Of a DNA stretch of 64,000 bases, positions 29,368 to 39,829 are shown one piece after another. How positions within the stretch are numbered: the stretch's first letter is position 1; the number at the start of each line of letters is the position of its first letter. A program made the translations under genes and the position numbers. Source of the stretch: Candidatus Fervidifonticultor secundus (GTDB lineage Bacteria; Sysuimicrobiota; Sysuimicrobiia; Sysuimicrobiales; Humicultoraceae); NCBI GenBank assembly GCA_031459385.1, contig JAVKIP010000005.1:64001-128000 (forward strand). The letters are read 5' to 3'. The notes under the pieces are model-generated. The model was not told the origin of the DNA. It was given only the letters and a program-made list of their open reading frames with translations, and did not search any database.

Positions 29368-30582
29368 ATGCCTTACGGCTGGGGACGCGTGCCGTACGCG
29401 CTGCAGGACCGCCTCCCCTGGATGGACCTGCCGTTCCCGATCGAGGAGTACCACGCGCGCCTGGACCGTCTCCGCGCCCGCATGCGCGCCGAGGGCGTGG
29501 ACTGCCTGGTCGTGCTGGGCAACCGGGGCGAGAGCGCGAACGTCCGGTACCTCTCCAACTTCGAGGACTTCTATGGTGGCGAGACCGTCGTCGTCGTCCC
29601 CGCCTCGGGCCCGCCCGGCTTCGCGACCAACGCGGTGATGCACGGGGAACCGATGCATTCCGGCATCCAGCACTGCTGGATCGAGGACGTGCGGTGCGCC
29701 GCTGCACCGCGCACCGTCACCGGCAGCGCCCGGGCGGCGACGCTGACCGACCACCTGGAGGACCTCGTGCGCGAGCGCGTGGGCGAGGCCGCCCGCATCG
29801 GTGTGGAGGGCGAGCTCGACGTCGCTCCCCTCGCTGCTGCCCTGCAGCGCGCGTTCCCGCGGGCGCACGTGACGGTCGGTGTGCGTCTGGTGCACGCGCA
29901 GCGGACGATCAAGAGTCCGCGCGAGGTGGAGGCACTGCGCCGCGCGGCGCAGGCGGCGGATGCGGCGATGCAGGCGGCGATGATGGCGGTGGGCCCCGGC
30001 GTCACGGAGCACGACCTCGCGGCCGAAGCCAACTACGCGATGTTCAAGGCCGGCGCCGAGCACCCGGCCTTCGCCATCGCGGTCGCGGCAGGCCCGCGCT
30101 CAGGCTTCAAGCACCTGCCGCCCACCGCGTACCGAATGCGGGAGGGAGACTTCGTCTTCATTGACGTGGGGGCGCGTGTGCAGGGCTATTGCAGCGACGG
30201 TTCGCGCCAGCGGGTCTGCGGTGAGCCCGACGCCGAGCAGCGGCGGTTCATGGAGACGCAGATCCGCATCGTGGAGGAGGTCATGGCGGCCGCGCGCCCG
30301 GGCGCGGTCATTGGCGATCTCGCGCGCATCGGGACCGCGATCGCCCAGGCGGCCGGGTACGGAGCGTACTTCTACTTTCGTGGCCACGGCATCGGCGTGA
30401 GCGTCCAGGACCTGCCTGCGTTCGCGCCGGGCAATCCTGCTGTGCTAGAGGAGAACATGGTCTTTGCCTTCGAACCCATGCTGGTGCGCTCTGGATTCGG
30501 GACGGCGTGCTGGGAGGACATCTGGCGCGTGACGGCGGACGGCGTCGAACGCCTGAACACGTGCCCGGTGCGCTGGTGGTAG
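29368..30582 (+). CDS. M24 (Xaa-Pro peptidase/creatinase-fold) metallohydrolase, copy 1
   Basis: Creatinase_N domain; IKSPRE, DVG...YCSD, GHGIG, FEP, WED metal ligands. Confidence 0.85.
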   Translation: MPYGWGRVPYALQDRLPWMDLPFPIEEYHARLDRLRARMRAEGVDCLVVLGNRGESANVRYLSNFEDFYGGETVVVVPASGPPGFATNAVMHGEPMHSGIQHCWIEDVRCAAAPRTVTGSARAATLTDHLEDLVRERVGEAARIGVEGELDVAPLAAALQRAFPRAHVTVGVRLVHAQRTIKSPREVEALRRAAQAADAAMQAAMMAVGPGVTEHDLAAEANYAMFKAGAEHPAFAIAVAAGPRSGFKHLPPTAYRMREGDFVFIDVGARVQGYCSDGSRQRVCGEPDAEQRRFMETQIRIVEEVMAAARPGAVIGDLARIGTAIAQAAGYGAYFYFRGHGIGVSVQDLPAFAPGNPAVLEENMVFAFEPMLVRSGFGTACWEDIWRVTADGVERLNTCPVRWW

Positions 30583-30638
30583 GCGGCCGCGGGAGGTACC
30601 GGGATGCCCTGTCATCCGGCCGTCGTCCGGCCCCTCCC

Positions 30639-30962
30639 TCAGGTCCAGTCCACGAGACGGTAGTGCTCGCGCACCCAGCGGTCGAGCTGAGCGCCCTGGC
30701 GCATCCGGATGCGGTGAAACACCGGGTCGCCTTCCTGCAACGCCCGGATCCGCTCCCGCTCGACCAGGTCCGGGTACGTGCACTCCCAGACGACGTCCGG
30801 AGCGTCCGCCACCGAGAGCGCCGGGTCATCGCGCACCGGCGTCCAGATGGAGCCGGCTGGCACACCGAGTGCCGCCAGCCGCCGCGACGCCTCCACGCGT
30901 GTCTCGATCACCCGCTCCCGGAGGCCGGGCTTCGCAAAGTACCGCTGATGGACGAGGATCAT
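30639..30962 (-). CDS. Small dimeric alpha-beta barrel (NIPSNAP-like) protein
   Basis: RYFAKPG...PDVVWECTYPD pattern; 107 aa. Confidence 0.55.
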   Translation of the reverse strand: MILVHQRYFAKPGLRERVIETRVEASRRLAALGVPAGSIWTPVRDDPALSVADAPDVVWECTYPDLVERERIRALQEGDPVFHRIRMRQGAQLDRWVREHYRLVDWT

Positions 30963-31182
30963 GGCGTCTGGTTCGGTGCTCCGCGATCTGTTCCCTGCGT
31001 GGAGTGACCGGCAGGCCGATCGGCGCCGCGCGTGACAGATCAGCGCGACACGCTGCATGACAGAACAGAGGAGGCCTCCCCGCAAGTCCCGAACTTCTTG
31101 CAGCACATCACGGCCCCGTATCTGGAACGCCGTTGCAGCAGGGTGTGTCGGATTCGGTCACGGTCGAAAGGGGAGTACCGCT

Positions 31183-31905
31183 GTGGCGATCTGGGACGAC
31201 GTGGTGCCGCCTGAGGAACGGGCGCTTTACGAAGGCGGCGGATGGGGCGGGATCATGGGTTTCGGGCGCCGGCCCGCGCTCCTGGTCGTGGACATGTACA
31301 CGGCCTTCGTGGACCCGGCGTTCCCGTTCTCGAGCCCGGACGCGCCCGCCGCCGTGGCGGCGATCCGCCAGGTGCTGCATCAGGCGCGGGCGTCAGGCGT
31401 GCCGGTCATCTTCTCAAAGGCCGATCGACCGCGCAACGTCGCGGAGCGCGGTCGCTGGAAAGGCACGACCCGCCTGCATCCCACCATGTCACGGCCCGAG
31501 GCGTACGAGATCGTGGCGGACCTGGCGCCGCTGCCGGGGGAAACGGTACTGATCAAGGCGGCCGCGAGCGCCTTCCACGGCACCAATCTGGCGAGCCTGC
31601 TCGTCGTCTATGGGGTCGACACGGTGATCGTGACCGGCACCGTGACCAGCGGCTGCGTACGTGCCACCGTAGTGGATGCGTCAGCGTACGGGTTCATCCC
31701 GGTCGTTCCGATAGAGTGCGTCTACGATCGGGGACGGACGAGTCACAAGGTCGCGCTCTGGGACATCCACACCCGGTACGGGGACGTGCTGCCGACCGCG
31801 GACGTGCTCGCCTATCTCAGGACGGTCCGGGACGGCACGGCGCCCGTACCCGTCGACCACGGCAGGCATCCGATCGGCGCCTCGCAACTCCCGGGAGCGC
31901 GGTAG
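31183..31905 (+). CDS. Isochorismatase-family cysteine amidohydrolase (NicF/CSHase-like)
   Basis: GFGRRPALLVVDM, K...SAF and TSGCVRAT (D-K-C triad). Confidence 0.88.
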   Translation: MAIWDDVVPPEERALYEGGGWGGIMGFGRRPALLVVDMYTAFVDPAFPFSSPDAPAAVAAIRQVLHQARASGVPVIFSKADRPRNVAERGRWKGTTRLHPTMSRPEAYEIVADLAPLPGETVLIKAAASAFHGTNLASLLVVYGVDTVIVTGTVTSGCVRATVVDASAYGFIPVVPIECVYDRGRTSHKVALWDIHTRYGDVLPTADVLAYLRTVRDGTAPVPVDHGRHPIGASQLPGAR

Positions 31906-31935
31906 GCTCGCGGCCGCTGCCGCCACGGTACAGGG

Positions 31936-33957
31936 TTGCGCGTGCATCTCGGTCTCCGAACCCAGCGGGTTCCGCCGGACGAGCCGTTCCGCAGGGCCGT
32001 GGTGCGCGCCACGGAGGTCCGAGACGTGGACGACGTCAGGCTGAGCCCGGATGGCCGCCAGGTGGCCTTCGTCGTCTCGGACGGCTGGCGGCCGCCCGGG
32101 CGCTCTCCGGCCAGCGACCTGATGGTCGTGTCGGCATCCGGCGGCGTCCGGCGGGTGGCAGCCGACCGGCGAACCGTCCGCATGCCGCGCTGGCGGCCGG
32201 GCCGGTCGGGGTCGGATCCGTGCGGCTCGGAGAGGGATCTGCACGGCCTGGCGCCGAGCGTCTCCCTGGCGTTTGTCGAGCAGACGGAGCGCGACACGGT
32301 GATCGGACTCGCTTACGTGGAAGACGGATCGTCCACCGACCTGGCCCGCTTTCCGGGAGTGGTGTCCGCGGTGGAGTGGTCCCCTGACGGGCGCCTGCTG
32401 GCGGCGCTGCACACCGACCCTCCGACTGTCGGTGCGTTCCCCGGAGACGACGTCGTGCGCGGCGATGCCGCCGAGGGATGGACACGCCTGTGGGTCATCG
32501 ACGTCGAGGCCGCAGACGCGCGGCCGGTGAGCCCTCCGGGACTGCAGATCTGGGAGTTCGACTGGGCCCCGGACAGCCGGGGGTTCGCGGTCGTCGCCGC
32601 AGCCTCGCCCGGAGAAGGGGCATGGTACCAGGCGTGGCTCGCGGTGCTCAGCCTGGACGGCCGCCCGTCGCCCGAACTTGTGCGAGGCCACCGGCAGATC
32701 GTTCGGCCAGCCTGGTCGCCCGACGGACGGTGGATCGCGTTCCTGTCGTGTCTGTTGAGCGACCGCGACATGGGCTCGGGTGATATCTGGGTCATCCCGC
32801 CGTCGGGCGGGGCGGCGCGCAACCTGACCCCCGGCTACCCTGCGACGCCGACCTGGATCGCCTGGCTCGACGGGGCGCGGCTTCTGTGGACTGGATACGA
32901 GGATTGCGACGCGGTCGTCGGCACAGTGTCACTCGACGGCCGCATCCACCGGGTGTGGCGCGAGCATGTCGGGCTGGCGCACCCGCGCTGGCCGCGGGTG
33001 TCGGTCGCCGCCGGAGGCCGGCTGCTCGCTGCAGCCCGCGAGGCCTGGGACCAGCCCCTCGACGTCTGGCTCGCCGAACTGCGGGGAGGCGACGTTCTCC
33101 AATGGCGCCGGCTGACGGCCCTGCACCAGGACTGGGCGGCGTGGCCGCTGGGGCCGGCCGAGATCGTGGCCTGGGAGGCCCCGGACGGCCTCGAGGTCCA
33201 CGGGATACTGCTGCGGCCGCCCCACCCGCCCGCGGGAGGCGGTCCGATGCCGATGGTCACCGCGGTGCACGGCGGCCCCACGCACCTGTGGGGCTGCCGG
33301 CCGTACCTGCTGTGGCACCGACTCCTGACTGTGATGGGCGCGCTGGTGTTCCTGCCCAACCCGCGCGGCAGCACTGGCCGCGGCGTCGCCTTTGCAGAGG
33401 CCAACCACGCCGACTACGGCGGCGGCGACTGGCACGACATTCTCGCAGGCATCGACGCGCTCGTAACGCGCGGCGCGGCTGACGCTCGCCGACTCGGCAT
33501 CGGAGGCTGGAGTTACGGCGGCTTCATGACCGCGTGGGCTGTCACGCAAACCGACCGGTTTCGGGCGGCCGCGATGGGCGCCGGCATCAGCAACTGGGTC
33601 AGTTTCCATGGGACGACGCCCCTGCACACCTGGGATGCGCTGGCCTTCGACGCGGACCCGCACCGTGACCCCGCGCACGCGCGTCGCTCGCCCATCACGC
33701 ACGTGGGGCGCGCGCGCACGCCGACGCTCATCGTCCACGGCCTGAGCGACACCGTAGCACCTGCAGGGCAGTCGATGGAGTTCTTCCGAGCGCTGCGCGA
33801 CCGCGGCGTGCCTGCCGAACTGTACCTGTACCCGCGGGAGCCACACTTCTTCACCGAAAAGGCCCACCAGTGCCACCTCTACCAGCACACACTCGACTGG
33901 TTCGCCCGCCACCTCGACCTGGACGCCTCGGTCCTCGACCGGATTCCGGACGCGTAG
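31936..33957 (+). CDS. S9-family peptidase (acylaminoacyl/dipeptidyl aminopeptidase-like)
   Basis: WSPDG propeller repeats, HGGP, NPRGS, GWSYGG, D and H of the triad. Start uncertain. Confidence 0.9.
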   Translation: MRVHLGLRTQRVPPDEPFRRAVVRATEVRDVDDVRLSPDGRQVAFVVSDGWRPPGRSPASDLMVVSASGGVRRVAADRRTVRMPRWRPGRSGSDPCGSERDLHGLAPSVSLAFVEQTERDTVIGLAYVEDGSSTDLARFPGVVSAVEWSPDGRLLAALHTDPPTVGAFPGDDVVRGDAAEGWTRLWVIDVEAADARPVSPPGLQIWEFDWAPDSRGFAVVAAASPGEGAWYQAWLAVLSLDGRPSPELVRGHRQIVRPAWSPDGRWIAFLSCLLSDRDMGSGDIWVIPPSGGAARNLTPGYPATPTWIAWLDGARLLWTGYEDCDAVVGTVSLDGRIHRVWREHVGLAHPRWPRVSVAAGGRLLAAAREAWDQPLDVWLAELRGGDVLQWRRLTALHQDWAAWPLGPAEIVAWEAPDGLEVHGILLRPPHPPAGGGPMPMVTAVHGGPTHLWGCRPYLLWHRLLTVMGALVFLPNPRGSTGRGVAFAEANHADYGGGDWHDILAGIDALVTRGAADARRLGIGGWSYGGFMTAWAVTQTDRFRAAAMGAGISNWVSFHGTTPLHTWDALAFDADPHRDPAHARRSPITHVGRARTPTLIVHGLSDTVAPAGQSMEFFRALRDRGVPAELYLYPREPHFFTEKAHQCHLYQHTLDWFARHLDLDASVLDRIPDA

Positions 33958-33968
33958 GAGGAACGGTG

Positions 33969-34949
33969 ATGGACGCCGCCACCCAACGAGCGAAGACGCG
34001 ACGCGAACACAAACCCGTGACGCCGGAGCGCGTCGCCGCCCTGCAGGGCACGGACTGGGTCCACGCCTTCTTCGAGCGGTACCCCCGCCTGCGCACGCTG
34101 CGGGCCGGCGCCGAAGAGCCGTTCTTGCGGGACGCGATCGACGTCCACGTCCACGCCAACCCGGACACGCTGGGCCCCCGCAGCCAGGACATCAGCGCGG
34201 TAGCGGTGGACGCCGCGCGCGCGGGGATGCGCGCGATCCTCCACAAGGACCACCACCACTCGACCGTCGGCGTGGCCTATATGGCGCAGCGGCTGATCGA
34301 CCAGCTCGTGGAACGGGGCGAACTCCCGCGCCGGGTGGAGGTCTACGGCGGCATCGCCACGGCGTTCAGCACCGATCCCCGGCTCGTCCAGGTGCTGCTC
34401 GCCTCTCCGCAGATGCGCATGATCTTCTTCAACTGCATCTACAGCGAGCCGCTCGTGGAGGGTGGGCGGGTGACGGCGCAGGCGCGCGAGCTCATCCGGA
34501 TCGCGGCTGACCACGGGATCCCGATCACGCTGTGCCCGCCCAACCACAGCGTCAAGCAGGACCAGGACGATTTTGAGGGAACGCTGCCTCTGGTCGAGGC
34601 GATCGCCGACGCGGGGGCCAGGGCGCTGCTCGACCATCCGGTCAGCGCGTTCACCATCGACCAGACAGTGCGCCTGGTCGAGTTCGGCGTTTACGCCGGG
34701 GTCTTCTGCTATCCCGTGATCCCCACCGTGGCGAAAGCGCCGGCGGTCGATCCGGACTTGGTGTACGACATGATCCGTGCCGTGGGCCCGGAGCGGTGCG
34801 TGATCGGGAGCGACATGGGCCACATCCTGGAGCCGGATGCCGTGAGCGCGCTGCGACTGCTCGTCCGCCTGCTGCTGGCGTTCGCGCTCACCGACGAGCA
34901 GATCACGCGCATGTGCAAGACCAACCCGGAGCGATTGCTGTTCGGATGA
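33969..34949 (+). CDS. Amidohydrolase/PHP-like TIM-barrel metalloprotein (DUF6282-like)
   Basis: DVHVHANPD, KDHH, DHP, SDMG, NPERLL motifs. Confidence 0.65.
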   Translation: MDAATQRAKTRREHKPVTPERVAALQGTDWVHAFFERYPRLRTLRAGAEEPFLRDAIDVHVHANPDTLGPRSQDISAVAVDAARAGMRAILHKDHHHSTVGVAYMAQRLIDQLVERGELPRRVEVYGGIATAFSTDPRLVQVLLASPQMRMIFFNCIYSEPLVEGGRVTAQARELIRIAADHGIPITLCPPNHSVKQDQDDFEGTLPLVEAIADAGARALLDHPVSAFTIDQTVRLVEFGVYAGVFCYPVIPTVAKAPAVDPDLVYDMIRAVGPERCVIGSDMGHILEPDAVSALRLLVRLLLAFALTDEQITRMCKTNPERLLFG

Positions 34950-35000
34950 CAGGTCGCCGCGCACGGTGACGTCACGCATCGATTGGGGGGATGACGACGG

Positions 35001-36587
35001 ATGAGGATTCGATGGATGCACCTCACGCTGGTCACGGTGGCGGCGCTGGCCGCCCTGATCGGGAGCGGGTCGGCGGGGCCGGCCGGCGCGATCCTGCGGA
35101 TCTATATCCCCGGCGACGCCTTTAGCCTGGACCCGGCGGTGGCCTCGGACTTCCCGACTGCCATCAGCGCGTACATCACGCACCTGCGCCTGGTCCGGGT
35201 GGACAAGGACGGCAAGATCCAGCCCATGGGCGCGCGGAGCTGGAGCGTGACCGGCGGCGGACTCGTCTACGTGTTCGAGCTCGACCCTCGGGCGCGGTTC
35301 CACAACGGCCGGCAGGTGGGCGCCGAAGACTGGAAGTGGACGTTCGACCGCCTTGCACGCCCTGAGACCCGAAGCGGCGCGGCACCGGCAATTCTGGGTG
35401 GCGTGGTGGGCTTCGACGCGGTCCGGCGCGGCGAGACCGACAGTATCTCCGGTATCCGCGTGCTCGGCCCCACGCGGCTGCAGATCGTGCTGCGGCCCGA
35501 AGGCCGGGGCGGGTTCCTCAACCGGGTGAGCCACTACGCGGCTTCGGTCCTCAACCGTCAGGAGGTCGAGGCGGGCGGTGCGACGTGGTTCGAGAAGATC
35601 AGCGCGGGTGCCGGCGCGTTCCGGTTGGCGCGCTGGGAGCGGAACAGCCGCTTCGTCTACAGCGCGCACCCGGGCTTCGTGTACGGCCCGCCCGGCGTCG
35701 AGACGCTGGATATGGCCATCGTGCCGTCAGCCACGACACGGCTCAACCTCTACGACGCTGGCAACCTGGACATCACCGACGTGCCGCTGCCGGACTACCG
35801 CCGCGTCTCGTCCGACGCCAGGTACCAGGACCAGCTCAAAGTCTTCCCGCGCGCGCAGGTGCTCTGGCTCGGGTTGAACCCGGGGCACTATGAGCCGTTC
35901 CGCGACGCTCGTGTCCGGCGTGCCATCGCGCACGCCATCGACCGTGACCGGATCGCCCGGACGGTCTTCTTCGGCTTCTACACGCCGGCGCGCCACTTCG
36001 CGCCGCCGCAGGTCTCGGGCACCGACCCGAACTTCCGGGGGCTGGACTACGATCCCGAGCGGGCCAAGCGGCTGCTGGCCGAGTCGGGCTGGGCGGGCCG
36101 GCTGCCACCACTGGAGATGCCGGTGAACCCGGCCGCGCCCGACTACCAGATGGCCGGCGAGGCGGTCGCGGCGATGCTCAAGGAGACGCTGGGCCTGGAT
36201 GTGCGGGTCCAGCGGCAGGAAACCGTCGCCTGGTCCACCGGCCTCGTGCGTCGCACGCATCCGTCGATGCTGGCCGGATGGACGGCCGCCTACCTCGACT
36301 ACGGTTACTACCTGGACCTGCTCCTGGACAGCCGAAGCGGCCTCAACTTCACGAACTACAAGAACCCCGAGTTCGACAGGCTGATCGATCAGGCGAACAG
36401 CGCCCGCAGCGACGAGGAGCGGGAAGCCATCTACCGCCGAGCAGAGAAACTGGCGATCGAAGACGCCCACGTGGTGCCGATCGTCTTCACCCGCTTCGCG
36501 CTGCTGGTCAAACCGCACGTGACGGGCTTCGAGGGCGCGCCGCTCAACTTGGGCATCACCGACTTCTGGAAGCTCGGCCGTCGGTAG
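35001..36587 (+). CDS. ABC solute-binding protein, family 5
   Basis: Signal peptide; SLDPA, FHNG, RVRRAIAHAIDR, YDPERAKRLL motifs. Confidence 0.92.
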   Translation: MRIRWMHLTLVTVAALAALIGSGSAGPAGAILRIYIPGDAFSLDPAVASDFPTAISAYITHLRLVRVDKDGKIQPMGARSWSVTGGGLVYVFELDPRARFHNGRQVGAEDWKWTFDRLARPETRSGAAPAILGGVVGFDAVRRGETDSISGIRVLGPTRLQIVLRPEGRGGFLNRVSHYAASVLNRQEVEAGGATWFEKISAGAGAFRLARWERNSRFVYSAHPGFVYGPPGVETLDMAIVPSATTRLNLYDAGNLDITDVPLPDYRRVSSDARYQDQLKVFPRAQVLWLGLNPGHYEPFRDARVRRAIAHAIDRDRIARTVFFGFYTPARHFAPPQVSGTDPNFRGLDYDPERAKRLLAESGWAGRLPPLEMPVNPAAPDYQMAGEAVAAMLKETLGLDVRVQRQETVAWSTGLVRRTHPSMLAGWTAAYLDYGYYLDLLLDSRSGLNFTNYKNPEFDRLIDQANSARSDEEREAIYRRAEKLAIEDAHVVPIVFTRFALLVKPHVTGFEGAPLNLGITDFWKLGRR

Positions 36588-36595
36588 TCGCCGCA

Positions 36596-36622
36596 GGGGA
36601 GCCGCCCGTCGGGCGGCTCCCC
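36596..36622 (+). terminator. GC-rich stem-loop after the SBP gene (stabiliser/attenuator)
   Basis: GGGGAGCCGCCC-GTC-GGGCGGCTCCCC; perfect 12-bp stem; no U-tract. Confidence 0.6.
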
Positions 36623-36645
36623 CGCCTGGCTCGCGTTCCTGCGCC

Positions 36646-37566
36646 GTGGCCCGCTACGCCCTCCAACGCATCGGCCTGACCGTGCCGCTGTTCCTGGCCG
36701 CCGCGTTCCTCATCTTCATGGCTGGCCGGCTGGCGCCCGGCGACCCGATCGTGGTCCGTCTGGGCGACCAGTACGACGAGCGAGCCGCGCAGGTCATCCG
36801 TCGGGAACTGGGACTCGACCGGCCACTGCTTGTCCAGTTCGCGCACTACCTGACCGCGGCCGCTCGCTTCGACTTCGGGGAGTCGTTCGCCCGCCCGGGC
36901 CGGCGCGTCGGGGCGTTCATCGCCGATGCGCTGCCGATCAGCCTGCGGCTGACCTCGCTCGCGATCGGCGCGGCCGCGCTCGTGGGCCTGGTGGTCGGTA
37001 TCCTCGCTGCGGTCAACGCAGGCTCGGCGTTCGACCGCCTCATCCAGATCGGCATCGTCGTGCTGCTCTCGGTGCCCAACTTCGTGATCGCCGCGGTCCT
37101 CGTGCTCGTCTTCGCCGTGCGGCTGGGCGTGCTCCCGGTCGCCGGCCTGTCCGACGCCCGCGGCTACGTCCTACCGGTCGTCGTTCTGGCCCTGTTGCCC
37201 ACCGCCTACGTGATGCGCATCGTGCGCGCCGCCATGATGCAGGCGCTCACGGAGGACTTCATGCGCACCGCGTACAGTAAAGGGCTGGCGCGCTCCCGGG
37301 CGGTGCTGCACCACGCGCTGCGGAACGCCGCGCTGCCCATCATCACCCAGATCGGCCTCTCGTTCGGCTACGCGCTGACCGGCTCGTTCATCGTCGAGCT
37401 CATCTTCAATATCCCGGGCATGGCCCGCGTGGGTGTCGAGGCGATCTTCCAGCGCGACTACCCGGTCATCCAGGCGGTCGTCCTGGTCTACATGGCGGTG
37501 TTTACGCTCGTCAACCTGCTCGTGGACCTCTCGTATGCGGCCCTCGACCCTCGGGTTCGCTACTAG
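36646..37566 (+). CDS. Peptide ABC permease (DppB-like)
   Basis: APGDP, DFMRTAYSKGL, HALRNA, DYPVIQ, DPRV motifs. Confidence 0.93.
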   Translation: MARYALQRIGLTVPLFLAAAFLIFMAGRLAPGDPIVVRLGDQYDERAAQVIRRELGLDRPLLVQFAHYLTAAARFDFGESFARPGRRVGAFIADALPISLRLTSLAIGAAALVGLVVGILAAVNAGSAFDRLIQIGIVVLLSVPNFVIAAVLVLVFAVRLGVLPVAGLSDARGYVLPVVVLALLPTAYVMRIVRAAMMQALTEDFMRTAYSKGLARSRAVLHHALRNAALPIITQIGLSFGYALTGSFIVELIFNIPGMARVGVEAIFQRDYPVIQAVVLVYMAVFTLVNLLVDLSYAALDPRVRY

Positions 37567-38458
37567 CGCCGCGGGCCGTTCGGGTCCCACCGCCCGGCCG
37601 CGGGTCTGGTCGCCGTTCCGGCGCGACGTTCCTACGCTCGCCGCGGCGGCCGCGTTGCTCCTCATCGTAGCCATGGCCGTCACGGCGCCGGTGATCACGC
37701 CGTACACGTACGACCGGCAGAACCTCGAGGGCGCGCTGCAGGGCCCAAGCCCGACCCACTGGCTGGGCACCGACAACTACGGCCGGGACGTCTTCTCGCG
37801 CGTGGCCTACGGCGCGCGCATCTCGCTGGCCGTGGGCGCAGTCGCGGTGACGGCCGAGGCGACGATCGGGGCGCTGTGGGGCATGGTCGCCGGGCTCTAC
37901 GGCGGCCGGCTCGACGCCTGGATGATGCGCGTGGTGGACCTCCTCATCGCGTTCCCGGCGCTGCTGTTGGCGATCCTGATCACGGGCATCTTCGGCCGCA
38001 GCATGGTCAACGTCGTCCTCGCGCTGGTCTTGACAGCCTGGCCCGGCATCGCGCGCCTGGTGCGCAGCCACGCCGTGGTCCTGCGCGAGCGCGAGTTCGT
38101 GGAGGCGGCACGCGCCGCCGGCGCGACTCCGGGACGGGTCGTCCGCCGCCACCTCCTGCCGAACGTCGTGCACCTGGTCATCGCGCGCGCGACCCTCGAC
38201 GCCAGCGTCATCATCCTCCTGGAGGCCACGCTCAGCTTCGTCGGGCTCGGCGTGCAGCCGCCGCAGCCGTCGTGGGGGCTGATGATCAACGAGGCGTTCG
38301 GCTACCTGCGCAGCACGCCGTACCTGCTGGTCGCGCCGGCGGTCTTCCTCTCGCTCACCGTGATCTCGCTGAACATCCTGGGGGAGGCGCTTACCGTCGC
38401 ACTCGACCCCCGGCGCCGCCGCTCGCGGCTGACAGGGGCGCGGACGGAGCGGGCATGA
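37535..38458 (+). CDS. Peptide ABC permease (DppC-like)
   Basis: HWLGTDNYGRD, EFVEAARAAGA, HLLPN, LSFVGLG. Start uncertain. Confidence 0.9.
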   Translation: MRPSTLGFATSAAGRSGPTARPRVWSPFRRDVPTLAAAAALLLIVAMAVTAPVITPYTYDRQNLEGALQGPSPTHWLGTDNYGRDVFSRVAYGARISLAVGAVAVTAEATIGALWGMVAGLYGGRLDAWMMRVVDLLIAFPALLLAILITGIFGRSMVNVVLALVLTAWPGIARLVRSHAVVLREREFVEAARAAGATPGRVVRRHLLPNVVHLVIARATLDASVIILLEATLSFVGLGVQPPQPSWGLMINEAFGYLRSTPYLLVAPAVFLSLTVISLNILGEALTVALDPRRRRSRLTGARTERA

Positions 38459-38572
38459 GCACGAGCGCCAGACGCGCCGGCCTCGCCGGACGCAGGCAAG
38501 GCACCGGGCGCCGCCGGACCCGACGCGGCCGCCACGCCACGCGCCGTCCCATCCTGACCGCGGAGGATTCCG

Positions 38573-39781
38573 ATGCCCAGAGTCCCCTACGACCTCGAGG
38601 CCCGTCGCCCCTACCTGGTACAGACGTTCAGCGACGCCGAGTACGAGCGGCGGGTGCGCGAGACGTGCGCGGCGATGGCCGACGACAGCCTGGATGCCCT
38701 GGTCGTGTATGCGCCGGGCCGCGGCGACGCCGTCGCGCCGGTGACGTACCTCACCAACTTCACGCCAGTCTACGGCAACGCGTTCGTCATTGTGTCCGCC
38801 GACGGCCGGCTCGTGGTCGTCACCGACGGCATCCTGCACGCCGAGCCGATGCACTCGATGATCTGGACCTGCCGGGTGGCAGACGTGCGGGTCGCCCTAG
38901 GCCCGCTGTACGGACGCCCGCCGGACGAGGTGGCGACGCTGGCGGCGGACGCCGCCCGGGAGGTAGGGAGCGGCGGGCGGGCCGGGCGCGTCGGGCTCGT
39001 GGGCGGCGGGCTGTTGCCGTACGGGCTGTACGCACGGCTGGCCGAGCGCCTGCCCGACCTGCGGGTGGCGGACCATGTGCTCGGCCGCGTGCGTGCCCTC
39101 AAGAGCGACGAAGAGATCGCGGTCATGCGCGAGGCCGGCCGCATCGCCGACGAGGCGTACGCGGCACTGTTTGCTGCGATTGCGCCCGGCGTGGAGGAGA
39201 CCGCTGCAGCCGCGGCCGCGGTGCACCGGATGCACGTGCTTGGCGGCCGCGAAGGGTTCGCGACATGCGTCGTAAGCGGGGCGCAGGCCGGCCTCAAGCA
39301 CGGCCTCCCTCGACGGCGGCCAATGCGGGAGGGAGAGATGGTCTTCACCGACCTGGGCGTGGAGTTCCAGGGCTACATGTCCGACGTCAGCCGGTGCACC
39401 GTGGTCGGCGGCCGCGCGGAGGGCTGCGCCCGCGACCTCCTGCAGGTTGGCCTCGACCTCTATCATGCTGGCCTGCAGGTGCTGGGACCGGGCCGGACGA
39501 TCGACGAGGTCTCGCAGGCGCTGCTGGCGGTCGTCGAGGGCACGCCGTTCGAGCCGTACTACTGCCCCGGCGGATTCGGGCACGGCATCGGCATGGCCGT
39601 GCTCGAGGCACCCGGTCTGTACGCCGGTAGCGACACAGAGCTGCAGCCGCGCATGACTGTTGCCTATGAACCCATGGTGGTGGTCGAGGGCCTGGGCACC
39701 GGCGTCGTCGAGGACACCCTCCTGGTCACCGACACCGGATACGAGCGATTGTCGAACTACCCCGTGGTGACCTGGCTGTAG
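38573..39781 (+). CDS. M24 metallohydrolase, copy 2
   Basis: KSDEE, DLG...YMSD, GHGIG, YEP, VED; shares HxEPMHS with copy 1. Confidence 0.85.
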   Translation: MPRVPYDLEARRPYLVQTFSDAEYERRVRETCAAMADDSLDALVVYAPGRGDAVAPVTYLTNFTPVYGNAFVIVSADGRLVVVTDGILHAEPMHSMIWTCRVADVRVALGPLYGRPPDEVATLAADAAREVGSGGRAGRVGLVGGGLLPYGLYARLAERLPDLRVADHVLGRVRALKSDEEIAVMREAGRIADEAYAALFAAIAPGVEETAAAAAAVHRMHVLGGREGFATCVVSGAQAGLKHGLPRRRPMREGEMVFTDLGVEFQGYMSDVSRCTVVGGRAEGCARDLLQVGLDLYHAGLQVLGPGRTIDEVSQALLAVVEGTPFEPYYCPGGFGHGIGMAVLEAPGLYAGSDTELQPRMTVAYEPMVVVEGLGTGVVEDTLLVTDTGYERLSNYPVVTWL

Positions 39782-39829
39782 CCCGGACGGGCGGCGGGGC
39801 TCGGGGATACCGCTGAGGGGAGGAGCCGC

